DNA from: Fibrobacteria bacterium
GTDB taxonomy: Bacteria; Fibrobacterota; Fibrobacteria; UBA11236; JADFYW01
DNA length: 64,000 nucleotides
Direction: 5' to 3'
Assembly (NCBI GenBank): GCA_050294405.1
Contig: JBNKOC010000012.1
Location: 64,001-128,000 of the forward strand
Position 1 is the first letter of the stretch, and each line of letters opens with the position of its first letter. Both the position numbers and the translations under genes were made by a program. This document shows positions 59,055 through 64,000 of the stretch, piece after piece. The notes under the pieces were generated by a model, which saw only the letters and a program-made list of their open reading frames with translations, made no database searches and had not been told where the DNA came from.

Positions 59055-60491
59055 TTAAACGTTTAATTTCCAAAAAATTGGGGCTAGCCAGCGCAGAACC
59101 GCGAAAATGAGGAAAATTCCCAATAGATTTAACGCAAATCCAACACTTGCCATTTTTTTTATGGATACGTGTCCCGAGCTAAAAATTACAGCATTAGGAG
59201 GTGTGGCAATGGGAAGCATAAATGCGTAGGAAGCAGCCAAAGCTACGGCGCTGGTAAAAAGAATGGAATCTTGCTGATTTTGATAGCCAAGTCCGGCCAT
59301 TATTGGAATGAGCATGCTTGCGGTAGCTGTATTCGAGGTGACTTCGGTTAAAAAAATTGTAGTAAGAATAATGGCTAACAATATCAAGGAAACCGAACTT
59401 AAATTCCAGGAAGAAAATTGAGCGCCAATATATTCAGTTAAGTTTGAAGTTGAAAATGCGTTGGCCAGGCTAAGTCCGCCTCCAAACAGGATCAAAACTC
59501 CCCAGGGCAAAGATATGGTATCTTCCCAGACCATAAGAAACTCCTGTTTTTTTAGGGAGACAGGTAAAATAAATAACAGGCAGGCCCCGAAGATGGCTAT
59601 GGTGGCATCGCTCATTAATGGAGAGATCCAATTTTTTAAAAAGCCCTGAAAAACCCAACATAGGGCGACCAGAGTAAAAACAGCAAGCACCATTTTTTCG
59701 GGCTTACTAATGGGGCCTAATTCTTTTAGTTCCTTTAGTATTAAGGCGTTCAATTGTCCGGGTTTCAGGAAGATTTCCCTTAACTGAGTTTTCCATAAAT
59801 ATAGCCAGGTTAATATCAACATTATTATGGATAAAGGCAGTCCTACTAACATCCAGCTTATAAAACTTATGTTAAAATGCAAATGCTTTTGAACATATCC
59901 TGCCCAGAAAATATTAGGAGGAGTCCCTATCAAGGTAGCGGCCCCTCCAATGGAGGCTCCGTAAGCAATACCTAACATAAGCCCGATGCTTATTTTTGTG
60001 TTTTTATTTTCCCCCACGGTTGCCATTTTGTTGCCCACTGCAAGAGCTATGGGTAACATCATCATGGCAGTTGCTGTATTGCTGATCCACATGGATAAAA
60101 AGGCCGAGGCTCCCATGAATCCCAGTAATAGCCCGGGGCCGCTGCTACCTACCCATTTTATAGTGGTAAGGGCGATTCTTTTATGCAAATTCCATTTTTC
60201 AATACTCAAGGCAATGATGAACCCACCTAAAAAAAGAAATATTAAGTGATTGGCGTAAGGAGCGGCCGCTGACTTAGAGTCGGCAATTTTTAAAACAGGA
60301 AACAGGACTAAAGGCAATAATGATGTTATTGCCATTGGAATGGTTTCGGTAACCCAAAACACAGCCATTAAAAAGGCACAGGCGGCGGTTTTTTGGCCAG
60401 CTGCACTTAAGCCCTCTGGTTGCGGAAGTAAGAGGATTATTATAAAGCCCGATGGGCCAAGTAACCAGCCAATTTTTTGAGAAGTTTTCAA
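59055..60491 (-). CDS. SLC13/DASS sodium:dicarboxylate/sulfate symporter
   Basis: LSMWISNTAT, IGTPPN, LTEVTSNTAT and PIATPPNA. Confidence 0.93.
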   Translation of the reverse strand: MKTSQKIGWLLGPSGFIIILLLPQPEGLSAAGQKTAACAFLMAVFWVTETIPMAITSLLPLVLFPVLKIADSKSAAAPYANHLIFLFLGGFIIALSIEKWNLHKRIALTTIKWVGSSGPGLLLGFMGASAFLSMWISNTATAMMMLPIALAVGNKMATVGENKNTKISIGLMLGIAYGASIGGAATLIGTPPNIFWAGYVQKHLHFNISFISWMLVGLPLSIIMLILTWLYLWKTQLREIFLKPGQLNALILKELKELGPISKPEKMVLAVFTLVALCWVFQGFLKNWISPLMSDATIAIFGACLLFILPVSLKKQEFLMVWEDTISLPWGVLILFGGGLSLANAFSTSNLTEYIGAQFSSWNLSSVSLILLAIILTTIFLTEVTSNTATASMLIPIMAGLGYQNQQDSILFTSAVALAASYAFMLPIATPPNAVIFSSGHVSIKKMASVGFALNLLGIFLIFAVLRWLAPIFWKLNV

Positions 60492-60509
60492 TCTGGCTTC
60501 AAAATAAAA

Positions 60510-60857
60510 TCAATCAGGGTAGTGTTTATAAATTTCTGAAGTTTTTTGAGCCATCCATAAATCTTTTTTTTGTATTCCTTTAAGACTGTGGGTCCACCAG
60601 GAGACTTCCACTTTTCCCCATTCCAATATTATTCGGGGGTGGTGGTTATTCTGTTCGGCCAGATTGCCAATTTCGTTGCTGAACTTTTGGGCCGTTTTAA
60701 AATCTTTAAAGCTAAATCCAGCCTGAATATAAGGAATTTCATCCGTTTGAAACAAACTCCATTGAGGAAGTTCCTTTAAGGCAATATATATCTGGTCCAA
60801 TTCCATTTTTTGGGCGGAACCAGGTTGGGTTTCAGATTCATTTAAATCAAAAATCAT
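60510..60857 (-). CDS. phhB: pterin-4-alpha-carbinolamine dehydratase
   Basis: FKDF, AEQNNHHP and WWTH motifs. Confidence 0.9.
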   Translation of the reverse strand: MIFDLNESETQPGSAQKMELDQIYIALKELPQWSLFQTDEIPYIQAGFSFKDFKTAQKFSNEIGNLAEQNNHHPRIILEWGKVEVSWWTHSLKGIQKKDLWMAQKTSEIYKHYPD

Positions 60858-60871
60858 TATTTTCCCCCTAT

Positions 60872-61306
60872 TTATTTTTTACGGATATTTAAAATGAGTT
60901 GATCTAAACTCCGCCTTCCCCCACCGGAAAAAGCATAGTAAAGACTCATTACCATCAATTCAATGGGGTGAGAAAATTTATTAAACCCGTCTGCCTGGCT
61001 AATGTGCTTAATAGAAGCGACTAACATGGTAAAAGCAATTAAGGCTGCCGCTGGCCTGGTGAATAATCCCAGGAGCAGTAAAATGCCTCCTCCAAATTCG
61101 GCAAAACTGGCCATAAATCCCCAAAATACTGGGAAAAAATGGATACCTAATTCTCCCATGGCTCCTCCAAGCTTTTCCCACATTGGGACACCGCCTATTA
61201 TTTTCGGATAGCCGTGAACAATGAAGCTTATTCCCAAAACAGCCCTGATAGCAAGAAGCAAGGGTTCTGAATTTTTATAGCTAAAGAGAGATTCTTTAAA
61301 TTTCAT
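60872..61306 (-). CDS. DoxX-family membrane protein
   Basis: HGYPKI, AEFGGG, GLFTRPAA and GGRRSLD. Confidence 0.9.
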   Translation of the reverse strand: MKFKESLFSYKNSEPLLLAIRAVLGISFIVHGYPKIIGGVPMWEKLGGAMGELGIHFFPVFWGFMASFAEFGGGILLLLGLFTRPAAALIAFTMLVASIKHISQADGFNKFSHPIELMVMSLYYAFSGGGRRSLDQLILNIRKK

Positions 61307-61360
61307 TTTTGCACCCCTAAAGGAAATTACAAAAATTCAAATGAAAAGGGTGTTTGTGAA

Positions 61361-62335
61361 CTAAATCCAATGTTTTTTGCGGAATAAAAACAACTGGCCA
61401 ACCACCACAAGGGTAAGAATAAGGCAAAAAATCCAAAAAGCCCACTGGTTATCCGCTCCAGGTATTCCGCCCACATTAATGCCTAACATGCCCGTTAAAA
61501 AACCCAATGGAAGAAAAACCGCCGCAATGATGGAAAGTACATACATGCGGTTGTTTAGTTGATCGGCTAATTGGTTGCTTATTTGGTCTGCGATTACCGT
61601 TGCTCTTTCCCTTATGGATTCTAAATCTTCAAGGTACCGGGTCTGCTGATCCACAATTTCCCTCAGGCGAAAATTATCTTTTTGAGACATCCAACTCATT
61701 TCCTCTGATAATATCTTCCAAAGGGCTTCTTTTTGAGGATGTAAGTAACGCCTCAATAATATTGCTTTTTTCCTAATTTGGGATAAGTCGTCCCTAATTT
61801 GGCTGGTAACTCCATTTAGAGTTTCTTCTTCCAGGTCTCCAATTTTTTCTTCCGCGGTTTCAATGGTATTTTCCATTCTGACAGTTAATCGGAAACACAA
61901 ATCCACCAAAAATTCTCCTGAGTTTCTCGGGCCCCTGTTTTCTTTTAAAGCCTGGAAAATATCCTGGATAGATAACATTTTCCGTTTGCGGGAGGTGATG
62001 ATTAAGTTGTTGGAAATAAAGCTGCGAAGGGAAACCATATCTTCCGGGTTCTCTCCGGGGTTTAAGTTAACCCCCCGCAAGGTTAGCAATAGATAATCCT
62101 CTGTGCCGTGGCTTCGGGGGCGTGTTTCTTCGGCCAAGAGGGCGCTTTTGGAAATGCCGTCCAGATTGGGATGTTTTAATATCCAGTTTTTTGCATCAGG
62201 ATTGGAATAATCTAAATGTATCCATAGAATTCCTTCCCAAGGGTGATATTGGGTAATATGTTCTGCGTCGAGGGAAAGCATTCCTCCCTTTGCATCCAAA
62301 AAACAAGAAAAAATAAAAGGGTTACTATTTGGCAT
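61361..62335 (-). CDS. zntB: CorA-family zinc transporter ZntB
   Basis: ETRPR, LRGVNLNPG...PEDMVSLR and GINVGGIPG. Confidence 0.9.
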   Translation of the reverse strand: MPNSNPFIFSCFLDAKGGMLSLDAEHITQYHPWEGILWIHLDYSNPDAKNWILKHPNLDGISKSALLAEETRPRSHGTEDYLLLTLRGVNLNPGENPEDMVSLRSFISNNLIITSRKRKMLSIQDIFQALKENRGPRNSGEFLVDLCFRLTVRMENTIETAEEKIGDLEEETLNGVTSQIRDDLSQIRKKAILLRRYLHPQKEALWKILSEEMSWMSQKDNFRLREIVDQQTRYLEDLESIRERATVIADQISNQLADQLNNRMYVLSIIAAVFLPLGFLTGMLGINVGGIPGADNQWAFWIFCLILTLVVVGQLFLFRKKHWI

Positions 62336-62341
62336 AGGCTT

Positions 62342-63112
62342 TTAAAAAGGAAGTTGGGTAATGGGAATGCATTTGTCTTCCCCCACAATCATGGTATGTT
62401 CATGTTGGGCTGCAAAACTCCCATGTTCAGTGCTCAGGGACCAGCCGTCTTTGCCTTCAATTACAAAATTATCATCTTCAGCCAAAAAGGGTTCCAGAGT
62501 TATTACCATATTTGTGCCTAGCACTCTCTTTTCTTTTGAAGAGTAAAAGGGAAGTATTTCATTTGGATATTCATGCAACGACTTTCCCACCCCATGGCTG
62601 CATAAATTTTTAATTATGTGGTAGCCTTTTTGGTGGGCGAAATTTTCAAAATGAGCCCCGATTTTTTTGAGGGGAGTTCCGGATTCAATAAATTCCACAG
62701 CGCCCATTAAAGCTTCGTAGGTGGAATTGCAAAGGTCCTGGATTTCCTCTGTAAAGGGAGGAATTTGAAAAGAATGTCCGGTATCCGCGAAATAGCCGTT
62801 TACTTTGGCAGATACATCGATGTTTATCAAATCGCCTTCCTCAAGGATGACATGGTGGCTGGGAATACCGTGTGCGGCCACCTGATTCACGCTTATGCAG
62901 GTGTAACCGGGAAACTTGTAACAAAGTTGGGGGGCGGATTCCGCTTTGTATTTTTTAAATAGAGAAGCGGCGTAATCATCTAGCTCTTTGGTGGTGACGC
63001 CCGCTTTGGCTCTGTGTTTTAACTCCGCTAAAATTTCCGAGACAATGTTAGCTGCATGGCGAATACCCAAATGATCGGATTGATTTCTCAAAGTCATAAT
63101 TACACCTACCAA
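62342..63112 (-). CDS. map: type I methionine aminopeptidase (start may be 63097)
   Basis: CISVN..AHGIP, NIDV, D-TG, HGVGKSLHE, LEP and AQHEHT. Confidence 0.95.
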   Translation of the reverse strand: MVGVIMTLRNQSDHLGIRHAANIVSEILAELKHRAKAGVTTKELDDYAASLFKKYKAESAPQLCYKFPGYTCISVNQVAAHGIPSHHVILEEGDLINIDVSAKVNGYFADTGHSFQIPPFTEEIQDLCNSTYEALMGAVEFIESGTPLKKIGAHFENFAHQKGYHIIKNLCSHGVGKSLHEYPNEILPFYSSKEKRVLGTNMVITLEPFLAEDDNFVIEGKDGWSLSTEHGSFAAQHEHTMIVGEDKCIPITQLPF

Positions 63113-63471
63113 TACATAGATAATATTTTAGGAATAAAAATAAAAATTCCCAGAATAACAGATAAAATAGCCCCAAGTAGTACAGCTCCTGCGGCCATGT
63201 CTTTTATGGCGCCAAGGCTAGGCTTTTTTTCCAGAGAAATTTCGTCCACAATTTTTTCAATGGAAGTATTAATGGTTTCCAGGGATATAACAAAAAAAAT
63301 AACCGAAATAACAAATAGTAACTCTATTCTGGAAATTTTTAGCCACCAGGATAATAAAAGTCCAATGCAACTCATCAAAAGATGAATTTTCATATTCTGG
63401 CCTTCACGAATGGCCAAGTATATGCCATTAGCCGCATATTTGAAACTTTTTATTAACTTGATAAAATCCAT
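63106..63471 (-). CDS. dgkA: diacylglycerol/undecaprenol kinase family protein
   Basis: SFKYAANGI, ETINTSIE and KDMAAGAVL. Confidence 0.9.
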   Translation of the reverse strand: MDFIKLIKSFKYAANGIYLAIREGQNMKIHLLMSCIGLLLSWWLKISRIELLFVISVIFFVISLETINTSIEKIVDEISLEKKPSLGAIKDMAAGAVLLGAILSVILGIFIFIPKILSMYW

Positions 63472-63574
63472 TTATGCTCAAAGGCCTTATTCAAAGGTTT
63501 TGTTTAAACATAATTTATTGATGGGATACAATCCAGAAATACCTCCATTGCAGTGCTTGGAAACATACAGATTT

Positions 63575-64000
63575 TTACCAGTTGAAGCTATATCGAATTC
63601 CTGTGCTTCCTGAAAAAAAAATGGGGCTAAGATACCCAATCTTCATTTTTTCTGACGGACCATTTTTATGGGTAGATCCAAAATGTTTAAATATTTCAGC
63701 CATAGTGGTTCCAAGAATGACTCCCGCTAATAGGTCTGCGGGGTAATGCCCAGCTTCATATATTCGGGACCAGGCTAATGTTGCAGCATATCCATACCAT
63801 ATGGCTTTATATCCTGTTATTTCCGAAAAATAATGGGCGCTAAAACCTATTAATGTCAGGGATAATGAAGGCATGCTGTATTTTTCAGAAGGAACTAAAT
63901 CCGTAACAAAACCTTCATTGGAATGACGGCCTTTTGCCTCTTCCAGGGCATATATTGGTCGTTTTCTTTTAAAAGAAGCTTTTAAAATCTGATTGATTGT
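63575..64000 (-). CDS. PAP2-family phosphatase, 5' end outside the window
   Basis: Frame is open from the window edge: KASFKRKRP (C1 motif) and SRIYEAGHYPAD (C3 motif). Confidence 0.8.
   Translation of the reverse strand, partial: TINQILKASFKRKRPIYALEEAKGRHSNEGFVTDLVPSEKYSMPSLSLTLIGFSAHYFSEITGYKAIWYGYAATLAWSRIYEAGHYPADLLAGVILGTTMAEIFKHFGSTHKNGPSEKMKIGYLSPIFFSGSTGIRYSFNW

Noticed and set aside
1..64000. Many short ORFs in the track overlapping long genes on the opposite strand or in another frame (for example 372-773, 4667-5113, 6288-6749, 16376-16795, 45364-45768)
   Set aside because: They are shadows of genes with clear family motifs and show no recognisable motifs of their own.
1..64000. 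CRISPR arrays, tRNA/rRNA genes, transposases, integrases or prophage genes
   Set aside because: I saw no regularly spaced repeats, cloverleaf motifs or mobile-element ORFs. The 21-bp repeat at 37498/37842 occurs only twice and is explained as a regulatory site.

Overview
A gene-dense, roughly 40% GC bacterial chromosomal window from a diderm organism (lpxH, a GT9 heptosyltransferase, lipoproteins and predicted beta-barrels); taxonomy cannot be fixed from the sequence alone. Most of it is dispersed housekeeping and metabolic genes (aroA, pyrD/E/F, htpG, pgl, aroF, prs, ilvBN, map, dgkA). I found no tRNA, rRNA, CRISPR array or transposase. Four things stand out. (1) A tightly coupled five-gene minus-strand operon at 53.9-59.0 kb encodes a FliF(RBM3)-FliG fusion, a CsgG/FlgO-like plus beta-barrel protein, a TPR lipoprotein, MotA and MotB, with no other flagellar genes nearby. 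It looks like a self-contained, possibly non-flagellar rotary motor, and the rotor and stator appear to have lost one charge pair on both sides. (2) A stand-alone soluble fusion of a FliG C-terminal domain to MotA cytoplasmic segments lies at 16.7-17.3 kb. (3) A nitrate/nitrite assimilation cluster (33.5-44.5 kb) has four sigma54-type promoters; one is an exactly spaced duplicate that drives only a ~170-nt structured non-coding segment (candidate sRNA). (4) A structured ~90-nt element sits upstream of lpxH. All family assignments come from motifs recognised by eye, not from database searches.
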